In this document: piece after piece, positions 15,787 through 25,293 of the stretch
Numbering within the stretch: position 1 is the stretch's first letter
Layout: the number at the start of each line of letters is the position of its first letter
Origin: a virus
Taxonomy: Duplodnaviria; Caudoviricetes
Strand: one strand, 5' to 3'
IMG/VR virus record: IMGVR_UViG_3300017911_001977
Location: 1-28,513 of that record
DNA length: 28,513 bases
Made by a program: the position numbers and the translations under genes
The notes under the pieces: model-generated
The model's input: only the letters and a program-made list of their open reading frames with translations
Told to the model about the DNA's origin: nothing
The model's database searches: none

Positions 15787-17957
15787 TGCCTAAGTTGCCA
15801 GCACCACCTAATAAATTAATTCCAACAGCAACAGGAAATACTATTCCGCAAATGGATATTGGATTAGAAAATCGCGCTATGTTTGAGTTGTTTGGGAATG
15901 TTAGAAATATTGCTACAAAAGAAATGCAAAAAAATATTGTTGAATTTGAAGCAAAAGAAAAAGAAAGAGAAAACCTTAATTATAAAGTGGCTCTTTCTAA
16001 ATTTAACCGGCAGTCACACCTTGCACAAAATGAAGTATCTCAAATAAATAATTATAGTGCTTTTTCTAAAGAGTATGCAAAAAGATTTAAAAAAAACTAT
16101 GACAACATTATAAAAACAATTCCTGAAAATTACAGAAGTGATTTTGATATACAAGCTAATAATATTTTTATGAAAGGAAAAAAAAATCTTTCAACTTTAG
16201 CCAACACAAAACAAAAAGATGCAGGGCGTGCCTCTGTTTTAGAATTAGAAAATGATTTATATAATGTTGCAGAATATTCAGATGATTTTGAAGAGGTATC
16301 TTTAAGTGTTCAAGGAGCTGTTGAAGCCATACAAAATAGTCCTTTTTTTGACCAAGAAGAAAAGGCAAAAAAAATAGGGGAAATTCAAAAAAAATTAAAA
16401 GGTATTCAAAGGGAGCGTGCAGAAATTCGCATTAACTCTTTAACGAATGATGAATTTAAAAGTAATATTGTTTATGCCCCTGAATATCAAAAAATTTTTG
16501 ATGCTGGGGAAAAATATAATGTTTCACGTGATTATATGGCACGTACTTTTATGTTGGAAACAGGAGGGGATATTAACGCTAAAAATCCCAATTCTTCGGC
16601 AACGGGGGCTTATCAGATTATTAAAAGTACAGCAAAAGAATATGGTGTTAATGTAAAAGATCCTATGTCTTCGGCAGATGGTGCGGCACGCTTAGCGAGA
16701 GACAATAAAAAAGTTTTAGAAAAATCATTGGGGAGACCTGTTCAAGATTGGGAATTGTACTTAGCCCATCAGCAAGGGGGAGGTGGTGCTTCTTTGCTTC
16801 TAAAAAATAAAGATAAAAATATTGTGGAGGTTTTGCAGTCTGTTTATAAAAATCCTGAAAAGGCAAGAGAAGTCGTGTCTTTAAATGGAGGTCGTCCTGA
16901 TATGACGGCTGGAGAATTTGCGGATATGTGGAAGGTAAGATATAATAATGTAAAGACTAATGATATAGTTGCTTATTCTTCACAAAAAAAAAATATTCAA
17001 GATGCTTTAAATGCGTTGCCTATTACGCAAAGAATGAGAATTATGTCTAAGCGTCAAAAAGATATTTTAAAAGAAGATACTTTAAAAGCAATAGATGAAG
17101 TCAGTACAAATATTATTGAGCAATATCCTGATGATTATCAAGCACAGATACAAATTGCAAAAACTGTAAAAAATCCTGAACATAAAGAAGGGATTATAAA
17201 AAAGATTAATAAAAATTATTCTGAACAACAAAAAATTGAAAAACAAGCAATAGAAGAAACAACGCAAAATATATTATCTTTCATTCAAGAAGGTAATATT
17301 TATGAAGATATTGACCCTGCGTTGTTGCTTAAATTACCAGCAAAAGATCAGTCATTTTTAAAAAATTATTCTGAAAAATTAAACAAGACAGAGGAAAAAG
17401 AAACAATAAAAGAGCGTCTTTTATTTGCCGAAGTGCAAGAAGCATTTTATGAAAATAAGAAAAAATTTGATGATTATTCTATAGCAGAATTAGCGTCTAA
17501 TTTGAACAGTAAGCACTTTGACAAGGTTATGAAATGGCGTGAAAGTGAAAAACAGAATATAAATCAAGTTGAAGCAAATAGAGAACAAATAAACCGTATG
17601 GCAAAAGATACAGCTTTGCAGTTGGGCATATCTGATAAGGTAGAAATTTCTATTTTAAGAGAAGAATTAGATTTAGCGATTGAAAACTTTGAAGAGGAAA
17701 ATGGGAAAGCCCCTAATGTAAAAGAGGTTCGTGGATTAGTAGATGAATTGACGGAAAATGTTTTAATAGAAGGCAATTTTTGGGATTCTAAAAAAAGGCG
17801 TTTTTTATTAGAAGAGGATGAAATAAATAATGCGATTGCGCCTGATGATGAAAAAGAAATAATATTAAAAATGTTAAGAGAGCGTGATCCGAATCGTGTA
17901 TATAATGATGATATTGTAAATGAGATATATAGAAAGAGTCTTTTAAATGACAGATAA
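15786..17957 (+). CDS. Internal virion/ejection protein with a lytic transglycosylase (SLT) domain
   Basis: LETGG...AKNPNSSATGAYQII.STA..YG, DP......A and LYLAHQQG.GGA lysozyme-like motifs within a helical protein. Confidence 0.88.
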   Translation: MPKLPAPPNKLIPTATGNTIPQMDIGLENRAMFELFGNVRNIATKEMQKNIVEFEAKEKERENLNYKVALSKFNRQSHLAQNEVSQINNYSAFSKEYAKRFKKNYDNIIKTIPENYRSDFDIQANNIFMKGKKNLSTLANTKQKDAGRASVLELENDLYNVAEYSDDFEEVSLSVQGAVEAIQNSPFFDQEEKAKKIGEIQKKLKGIQRERAEIRINSLTNDEFKSNIVYAPEYQKIFDAGEKYNVSRDYMARTFMLETGGDINAKNPNSSATGAYQIIKSTAKEYGVNVKDPMSSADGAARLARDNKKVLEKSLGRPVQDWELYLAHQQGGGGASLLLKNKDKNIVEVLQSVYKNPEKAREVVSLNGGRPDMTAGEFADMWKVRYNNVKTNDIVAYSSQKKNIQDALNALPITQRMRIMSKRQKDILKEDTLKAIDEVSTNIIEQYPDDYQAQIQIAKTVKNPEHKEGIIKKINKNYSEQQKIEKQAIEETTQNILSFIQEGNIYEDIDPALLLKLPAKDQSFLKNYSEKLNKTEEKETIKERLLFAEVQEAFYENKKKFDDYSIAELASNLNSKHFDKVMKWRESEKQNINQVEANREQINRMAKDTALQLGISDKVEISILREELDLAIENFEEENGKAPNVKEVRGLVDELTENVLIEGNFWDSKKRRFLLEEDEINNAIAPDDEKEIILKMLRERDPNRVYNDDIVNEIYRKSLLNDR

Positions 17958-20900
17958 ATATGCTCAAATTATAGACGGTTACTTTTCTAATGAAAAAAAC
18001 AATTTAAATAAAAGTTTTGATTTATCGGCTCAAAAAAACCCTACAGAGACAAGCGAATTACTAAATTTTTCAAAGGAAAATAACGTATCTTTAGATATTG
18101 CTAAAAAAAACAAAGATTTATTACGTCAAAGATCAGAGCAAAAAAAATATGACATTGACGGTTTTTTTCAAAAAGCCCCTAACATAGCTAATAAGCTACA
18201 AGATCCTAATAAAATGGCGGTGGCTAAAAGTTCACTGAATAATTTATGGTGGTTTGAACGGTTTGGGAAAAGTATTGCACAAGGCTATGAAAGCGGTCAA
18301 GATACATTAGACCTTGCGGACATAAGCTTTAAGGAGTTTATGGGGCAAGATTTAACGGCTACAGAGCAGAATAAAAAGTTAGGTATTCAACAAAGGCAAT
18401 CACAAAAGAAAGACTACAAATTAGATTTTTTTAGTGGTATTCCTGAATCTGTTTTGGAAAGTTTACCATTAATGATTGATCCATTACTTTCTAAAGAAGC
18501 AATTAGCGGTGCTTTATTTGGCGGTGGCGTTGGAGCAGGAATTGGCACAATCGCCGGCGGTGCTGGGGCAATACCTGGAGGTTTAACGGGTGCAGGATTG
18601 GGATATGCAACAGGTCGTACGGCACGCATTGCAGAAAATGAAACAGCTTTGGCATTTAGTGAATTTCAAGGTTTTAAGGATGAAAACGGTAATTTAATTG
18701 ATAAAAACACGGCAAGGGCTGGGGCGGTTTTATCTGGGGCAATATCTACAGCATTAGAAACGGTGGGCTTAAAGTATGTTTTAAAAGCATTTCCACATGG
18801 TGACAAGCTTATTTCTGGTTTTACTAAAGAAGGGATTAAAAAAGCATTTAAGAATAAAGCCGTAAGAGATCAAGTTTCTAGGGTAGGTACTGTTATTCAA
18901 GCAGGATTAGCAGAAGGAGGAACGGAATTTTTACAAGAGTTTTCTCAAGCGATTGTTGGGGAATTTACAAAAATGTCTGCGGATGGTGATTTTACAGCGT
19001 TCGGAGATAATGATGAAGGCTTTTGGGTATGGTTAGCGGACACAGCGGATAGATCGCTTGAAGCAGGCTTTAAAGGGGCACAGGGTGGTATTGGTATGTC
19101 AACGGCTGGTATTGCCATTAGTGAGGGATACCAAAAAGCGGAAAGACTTGCTAAGGCAAAATTAGAGCAAAAACAAATCAAGAAATTAGCAGAAGAAGCG
19201 GAAAAAGCGGAATTAACCAAAACCAACAAAGATTTATTTTTAGAACTAACGGATGATACAGAGAAAAAAGTTTATGTTGGTGCTACTGAATTAAAAGAGT
19301 ATTTTCAAGATAAACCTGAACAATTTGGCTTTTTTCAAGAAAATGTACCTGAAATCAAAGAACAGATTGAGGAAGCATTAGAAACAGGTGGGGATTTAGT
19401 ATTGCCTGCTAATAAAATTGCGTTGGCATTGGGTGATGCAGATATTGCAGATATAACAAATATTATGCGTTTAACCCCTGACGCATTGACAGAAAATGAT
19501 GGGGCTAATGTTAATCTCCAGGATTATCTTATAGATGATTATAGTGATGTTATTGATAATAGTTCGGATATTCGTACGCGCATTGAAAATCAATTAATGA
19601 ATGCAAAATTCACGCCAACCACTGCCAAGGCATATACGGATTTATTGACATCATTTTATGACACGCAATATCTAAGAACAGATAAAAGCCCCGAAGCAAG
19701 AAAGAAATTAACGGAATTTTTTGATAATCTTATTATTCGTCAAGCAGACAATGAACAAGATGCAGGGCAACGATTAGAAGATATTGATTTATTGATTGAA
19801 CGTGCCAAAATAATTAAAAGAAAGCGTGGTAAATTTCGCCCTAATCCCATGCAAGAATATTTAAGACGTGGCGGTGGGATTTTAAAAGATACACCTTTCG
19901 CAAAAGATTTAGAGAGTTTAGGCGTAAAAAAAACAAGTGGTTTGTTTAAGTCAAAAGATGGAATAAGATATGACGCAATTCCGGTAGGCGAGTTTGAAGA
20001 TGCTTTAGAGGTTCAAGGGATACCTGATGACGGGAAGGGGTATGTCGATCCTGAATTTATAGCAGAGGTTATCTCAGAAGAATTAGCAGGGAATGACTGG
20101 CGTGAAAATTACAAAGGGGATACGCCCAATAAGCAAGCGATAGATTTTTTGAATCAAGTCGAAACAGCAGGGCTTGATATTGATACAATTAATCGTGACA
20201 GTTTGAAGCCTAAAGAAGATATTGAACTTTTTCAAAATGATTTTGATCCGCAAGATGGCACAGCATATGAAGGTGATGTAATTACGATTGATGGTGTGGA
20301 ACGTTCGACGGTAAATAGTAACGGTCAAAAAATAGCACAAACAAAAGAAGGATTAGAAAACTTCTGGCGGTGGTTTGGTGATAGTAAGGTTGTTGATGAA
20401 GATGGCAAGCCGTTGGTGGTTTATCATGGAACTAATGCAGACTTTGAGGCTTTTGATAAAGGTAAGGTGGGTTCTGCTACTGATATGGGTATGCTTGGCA
20501 AAGGTTTTTACTTTGGCAAAGAGATAACGGCGCAACATTACGGCAATAATGTTTTATCTGTTTATCTGCGGATGGAAAACCCTCTTAACATTGATAATTA
20601 CACTTCCAAAGAAGAATTAGCTGATTACTTGGGTGTCGATGTTAGTATTTTGACAGAGGGTGGCACTGGCATAAAATCTAAGCAGCCTTTTACAGGCGTC
20701 TTCTCGGATGCAATTAGAGATAAAAAGCATGACGGGGTTATAACAAGATTTGAAAAAGCAGTCTTTGACCCCACTCAAATAAAATCCACTTCCAACCGTG
20801 GCACTTTTGATCCTAACGATGCAAGGATTTTGTATCAAGAAGATTATCAAATGGATCATTTAGCTCCAGCTAAAGAAGAGGGTAAATCATCCTTAGATGA

Positions 20901-23900
20901 CGTTTCATTTTCTTTTGGAGAAGATATTTATTCTTCAAATGCTATAAATTTATATAAACAAGGTGATTATAAAGAAAATAAAGAAAGCATAGATGCTATT
21001 AATAAATATAAAAACAAACCTAATGCAAAGGTAACTGTTTATAGGGCTGTTCCTGTAAATGTTAAAGCTGAAATAATACCAGGTGATTGGATAACTTTAA
21101 GCAAAGAATATGCTAATATTCATGGTCGTTCTTTTTTAAAGGGGCAATATAAATTATTAACAAAAAAAATACCTGCCAGTGAAATATATACGGATGGAAA
21201 TTCTATTCACGAATGGGGGTGGGATGATGGTTCTGTTGTTAGGGAAGTTAAAAAATACGAAAAAAAAATAATTGATAAAGAAGAAAAAGCAAAAAAAATA
21301 GAAGAAAGAAAAAATTTTTTATCGCAGACAATACAAGAATATAGGGCTTCTTATATTGAAAAAAATAAATCTTTTGAAAATTTTATTAATGAAAAAAATC
21401 TTGCGGAAAATAAAGATTTTATAAAGTTACTACAAGACTATTACAATAAAGCAAGTAGTTTTGCTAAAAAATTAGCTTTAGACAAAGAGGGGAAAGTAAA
21501 AAGTAAAACAATAAAAAATGTTGCTAAATATTTTGAAACAAACATAGAAAAAATACCAGAAGATTTTTATTTTCAAGAAAAACAATCTATAAAACGTGGT
21601 TCTTACATAAAAACAAAAGACAATTTAAATATTATATCTTTGTTCAAAGATCGTGATTTATCAACGGTACTCCATGAAAGCGGTCATTTTTTCCTTGAGA
21701 CATTTAAGGCAATGGCAGAGGCAGGAGATGCTCCTAAACAGATTATGCAGGATTGGAAAGAATTATCCGCATGGTTAGAAATTAAAGACGGCACTATATC
21801 AGTAGATTCCCATGAAGGATTTGCTCGAGGGTTTGAAGCATACATTATGGAAGGAAAAGCCCCATCGGAGGGATTAGCAAGAGCCTTTGATTTATTTAAA
21901 TCATTTATGAAAAGGATTTATCAAAGTATAAAAAACCTTAATGTTTCATTGAATGATGAAGTGCGAAATGTATTTGATCGTATGCTTGCAACAGATACCG
22001 CAATTGAGGGATTGAAGGGGAAGCATATTTTTAAGCCTGATCCTGAAATATTAAAAATGCTTACTAAGGCAGAGCAAGATGATTATATTAAGCGTAATGA
22101 AAAGCAAATACAGGATGCTAAAAATAAATTATTATCTGAAAATTTAAAAAAAGAAATTAAAAAAGAAAAAGCTGTTTTAAAAGAAGAAAGAGAGTCATTA
22201 ACTAAGGAAGCAACAAACAGAATAATGCAATCGCCTATTCATAAATTACGTTATTTTTTGAATAAAGGAAAAATGTATAATGCGGATGAAGTATTAATTG
22301 GGATTGATAAATTAGATCGTAATATTATTAAAAATGAATATGGTGAAGAAATTATAGAATTATTGCCTTCTAAATTTTTTAAAAAAAATGGGGCTGATCC
22401 TGAAATAATGGCTGATTTGTTTGGGTTTAATGATGTTTCACAAATGTTTGATAACCTTATCAATAGCCCTCAAGCTAAAGATGAAATAAATCGAAGCGTA
22501 AAAGAGGATATAGACAGACGTTATGGCAACGCTTTAAATGATGGTACAATAGAGCGTGACGCATTAGATTCAACATATAATAATTTGCGTGAAAAAAATC
22601 TTGAATATGAATTTAATGTTATAAAAAGAAAATCTTCTGACATTGCTGTTACAAAAATTGATTTAAAAAAACGTGCAGAAGAAATAGCAAACGAAAAAAC
22701 AGTAGATGAAATTATTAAACCTGATCAATATTACAGGGCAGAAGTAAGAGCAGCAGGAGAATCACAAAAGCATCTGGCTAAAAAAGAATATGAAAAAGCA
22801 GCTCAAGCAAAAGCAAGGCAACTTTTAAATCATTATCTTTACAAAGAGGCGCGAAATGCGAGGAATTACACGGATAAAACTTTAAAGCGTTTCAATAAAT
22901 ATAAAAAACGTCCTGCGGTTGGTAAAGTTGTAATTGATGAAGATTACAGAAAAAAAGCTGTTCAACTTATTAATGAGTATGATTTTACTACAAGAAAAAA
23001 ACAAGGAAAAATCATTCCACAATTAGATTTATGGATGAAATCCAAAGAAGAAAGTGATTCAGCACAATTTTTAGAAATAGACGAAAATTTAAAAAATCAA
23101 GCTGGAACACATTTTAGAGATCTATCTTTTGGTGATTTTGTAGCACTTGTAGAAAACGTAGAAAACATTATTGCACAAGGCCGATTAAATCGCACTCTTG
23201 AAATTGAAGGTGAAAAGCATGAACTTAATAAAATTGCGTCTGTTTTATCTGAACAAATAGAAAATAATTTAAAAGATTTACCGGAGCAACCATTAGAATT
23301 AAGAACGACTGAAGAAAACAGAAAAAGAAATGCAAAAAATTATTTTAATGTTTTGATTAAAGGTAGAACTATTTTAAGAGAGCTAGATAGCTTTAAGGAA
23401 AATGGTTTATTTTATCAATATATTTTACGTCCTCTTAATATTGCAAATGAAAGGCTTGTAAAAAGACAACAAAGCGTTGCTAAACAATTAAATGATATAT
23501 TTGATGCTCATTATAAAGGGCGTTTAATAGGTGAAATTAATAAGCAATATGATGTAGCAGGAGTAGGGAAAATTAGAAAACAAGCAATGCTTGCATATGC
23601 TTTAAATTGGGGAGCGGTAGAAAATAGACAACGCTTGTTATCTAATGAAAATATGTCAGAAGGGCAAATAAATAATATCCTTTCAGAGCTTACAAAAAAT
23701 GACTGGGAATTTGTAGAAAAAATATGGAATTTGTTAGAGTCTTTTAAAAATGAAATATGGGCGTTAGAAAAAAGAAGAAGTGGCATAGAACCATTATCTG
23801 TAAAAACAGTACCTTTTGAAATAACAACAAAAGACGGAGCAACTTTAAAATTAAACGGTGGGTATTATCCTATAAAATATGAATTTTTAAAAGAAAACAG

Positions 23901-25293
23901 AACACAAGAAGAGAATATTGACGAACTGCAAAAAAACATTGGAGCAAGAGCTCAAACAAATAGAGGTCATACAAAGGCTAGGGTGCAGCGTGTTAATAAA
24001 CCTATAAGAAATGATTTAGGCGTTTTATTTTCTCATATATCTGCGGTTTTGTTAGATTTAGAAATGGGGGAAGTGCTTTCTAATTCTCATAGAATTATAA
24101 GTAAACAAAATATTGCTAATGCTATTATTAGCAAAAAAGGAAAATCATATTACCAACAAATAGATTTATGGCTTAAAGATATGGCTATTGGGGGGCAATT
24201 AGCAAGTGAAGGATTTGCCAAATATATGGATGGTTTAAGGGCAGGCGTTTCTGTTGCGACAATGGGATTTAAAGTATCAACAGTTTTAATCCAGCTGACA
24301 GGATTGACGCAAACAGCGGCTGTTATTGGTTCTAAAAATATGTTAAATGGTGTTCGTTTAGCATTAGGGAATGGAAGTCCTAATAGTATAAAAAAATCAT
24401 TTCAATTTGCTTTTGATAATTCTAAAATACTAACGCAAAGATCAGAAACTTTTAACCGTGATATTTTTGATGCTTTAAGACGCATGGACAGTGAAGTTCC
24501 TTGGAAAAAGAAATTAACGGAACTTGCTTTTTATCCTATGATTAAAATGCAGTCTTTAGTTGATGTTTTTACATGGCATGGCGCATATCAAAAAGGGCTT
24601 AATGATTTTAAAGGCAATGAAAAAAGAGCATTTGAATATGCAGATGATATAATAAGGCGCGCGCAAGGGTCAGGTTTGTTTAAAGATTTGTCTGCGTTTG
24701 AAAGAGGTACAATAAGTGAAGGAACAAGGTTAAGTGGTTTTGTTCGGTTGTTTACTGTTTATATGAATTATTTTAATACAAAATTAAACATTGCTTATGA
24801 AAAAACAAAACAGACAGACTTTAAAAATCCAGAAAACATTTTAAATTATGCGGTAGATTTTTTATTGTTATTTACATTAGAAGCAGCTCTTGGAAGTTTT
24901 CTTTTAGGGCAAGCCCCCACTGATGAAGAGGATGGCGTATTCAATGTGTTTTCATGGTTAGCTAAAGGAACATTAGATACAACCGTTGCACAATTTCCCG
25001 GAGTTCGTGAAATATACGGGGTTATGCAAGGATTTAAAGGCGCTCCAGCAGGATTAAAAGGATTTGAAGCAATAGGAGAAGTAGGAGTAAGTATAAAAAA
25101 ATCTTTTGAAAATATTTTTACAGAAGATGATATTAATTTGAATAAATTATTAAGAGATGTTAATATGGCAGGAGGTATTGTATTTAAATACCCAGCTTCA
25201 CAAATAAATCAAATGTTGCGCGCTATGGATAAAAAATCTCAAGGTAAAGATGTTTCACCAATAGAATATTTACTTTATAGAGGCAATAAATGA
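17947..25293 (+). CDS. Large internal virion/ejection polyvalent protein: LPD22-like N-terminus, glycine zipper, ART-PolyVal-like domain, second ART-like domain, HExxH metallopeptidase, helical C-terminus
   Basis: NFWRWFGDSKVVDEDGKPLVVYHGT...GFYF...VYL...NP...DGVI...VF.P.QIKS..N.GTF; VYRAVP...PGDWITLS..YA..HG...EWG; STVLHESGH...HEGFARGFEAY..EGKAPS; GGYYPIKY. Confidence 0.88.
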   Translation: MTDKYAQIIDGYFSNEKNNLNKSFDLSAQKNPTETSELLNFSKENNVSLDIAKKNKDLLRQRSEQKKYDIDGFFQKAPNIANKLQDPNKMAVAKSSLNNLWWFERFGKSIAQGYESGQDTLDLADISFKEFMGQDLTATEQNKKLGIQQRQSQKKDYKLDFFSGIPESVLESLPLMIDPLLSKEAISGALFGGGVGAGIGTIAGGAGAIPGGLTGAGLGYATGRTARIAENETALAFSEFQGFKDENGNLIDKNTARAGAVLSGAISTALETVGLKYVLKAFPHGDKLISGFTKEGIKKAFKNKAVRDQVSRVGTVIQAGLAEGGTEFLQEFSQAIVGEFTKMSADGDFTAFGDNDEGFWVWLADTADRSLEAGFKGAQGGIGMSTAGIAISEGYQKAERLAKAKLEQKQIKKLAEEAEKAELTKTNKDLFLELTDDTEKKVYVGATELKEYFQDKPEQFGFFQENVPEIKEQIEEALETGGDLVLPANKIALALGDADIADITNIMRLTPDALTENDGANVNLQDYLIDDYSDVIDNSSDIRTRIENQLMNAKFTPTTAKAYTDLLTSFYDTQYLRTDKSPEARKKLTEFFDNLIIRQADNEQDAGQRLEDIDLLIERAKIIKRKRGKFRPNPMQEYLRRGGGILKDTPFAKDLESLGVKKTSGLFKSKDGIRYDAIPVGEFEDALEVQGIPDDGKGYVDPEFIAEVISEELAGNDWRENYKGDTPNKQAIDFLNQVETAGLDIDTINRDSLKPKEDIELFQNDFDPQDGTAYEGDVITIDGVERSTVNSNGQKIAQTKEGLENFWRWFGDSKVVDEDGKPLVVYHGTNADFEAFDKGKVGSATDMGMLGKGFYFGKEITAQHYGNNVLSVYLRMENPLNIDNYTSKEELADYLGVDVSILTEGGTGIKSKQPFTGVFSDAIRDKKHDGVITRFEKAVFDPTQIKSTSNRGTFDPNDARILYQEDYQMDHLAPAKEEGKSSLDDVSFSFGEDIYSSNAINLYKQGDYKENKESIDAINKYKNKPNAKVTVYRAVPVNVKAEIIPGDWITLSKEYANIHGRSFLKGQYKLLTKKIPASEIYTDGNSIHEWGWDDGSVVREVKKYEKKIIDKEEKAKKIEERKNFLSQTIQEYRASYIEKNKSFENFINEKNLAENKDFIKLLQDYYNKASSFAKKLALDKEGKVKSKTIKNVAKYFETNIEKIPEDFYFQEKQSIKRGSYIKTKDNLNIISLFKDRDLSTVLHESGHFFLETFKAMAEAGDAPKQIMQDWKELSAWLEIKDGTISVDSHEGFARGFEAYIMEGKAPSEGLARAFDLFKSFMKRIYQSIKNLNVSLNDEVRNVFDRMLATDTAIEGLKGKHIFKPDPEILKMLTKAEQDDYIKRNEKQIQDAKNKLLSENLKKEIKKEKAVLKEERESLTKEATNRIMQSPIHKLRYFLNKGKMYNADEVLIGIDKLDRNIIKNEYGEEIIELLPSKFFKKNGADPEIMADLFGFNDVSQMFDNLINSPQAKDEINRSVKEDIDRRYGNALNDGTIERDALDSTYNNLREKNLEYEFNVIKRKSSDIAVTKIDLKKRAEEIANEKTVDEIIKPDQYYRAEVRAAGESQKHLAKKEYEKAAQAKARQLLNHYLYKEARNARNYTDKTLKRFNKYKKRPAVGKVVIDEDYRKKAVQLINEYDFTTRKKQGKIIPQLDLWMKSKEESDSAQFLEIDENLKNQAGTHFRDLSFGDFVALVENVENIIAQGRLNRTLEIEGEKHELNKIASVLSEQIENNLKDLPEQPLELRTTEENRKRNAKNYFNVLIKGRTILRELDSFKENGLFYQYILRPLNIANERLVKRQQSVAKQLNDIFDAHYKGRLIGEINKQYDVAGVGKIRKQAMLAYALNWGAVENRQRLLSNENMSEGQINNILSELTKNDWEFVEKIWNLLESFKNEIWALEKRRSGIEPLSVKTVPFEITTKDGATLKLNGGYYPIKYEFLKENRTQEENIDELQKNIGARAQTNRGHTKARVQRVNKPIRNDLGVLFSHISAVLLDLEMGEVLSNSHRIISKQNIANAIISKKGKSYYQQIDLWLKDMAIGGQLASEGFAKYMDGLRAGVSVATMGFKVSTVLIQLTGLTQTAAVIGSKNMLNGVRLALGNGSPNSIKKSFQFAFDNSKILTQRSETFNRDIFDALRRMDSEVPWKKKLTELAFYPMIKMQSLVDVFTWHGAYQKGLNDFKGNEKRAFEYADDIIRRAQGSGLFKDLSAFERGTISEGTRLSGFVRLFTVYMNYFNTKLNIAYEKTKQTDFKNPENILNYAVDFLLLFTLEAALGSFLLGQAPTDEEDGVFNVFSWLAKGTLDTTVAQFPGVREIYGVMQGFKGAPAGLKGFEAIGEVGVSIKKSFENIFTEDDINLNKLLRDVNMAGGIVFKYPASQINQMLRAMDKKSQGKDVSPIEYLLYRGNK

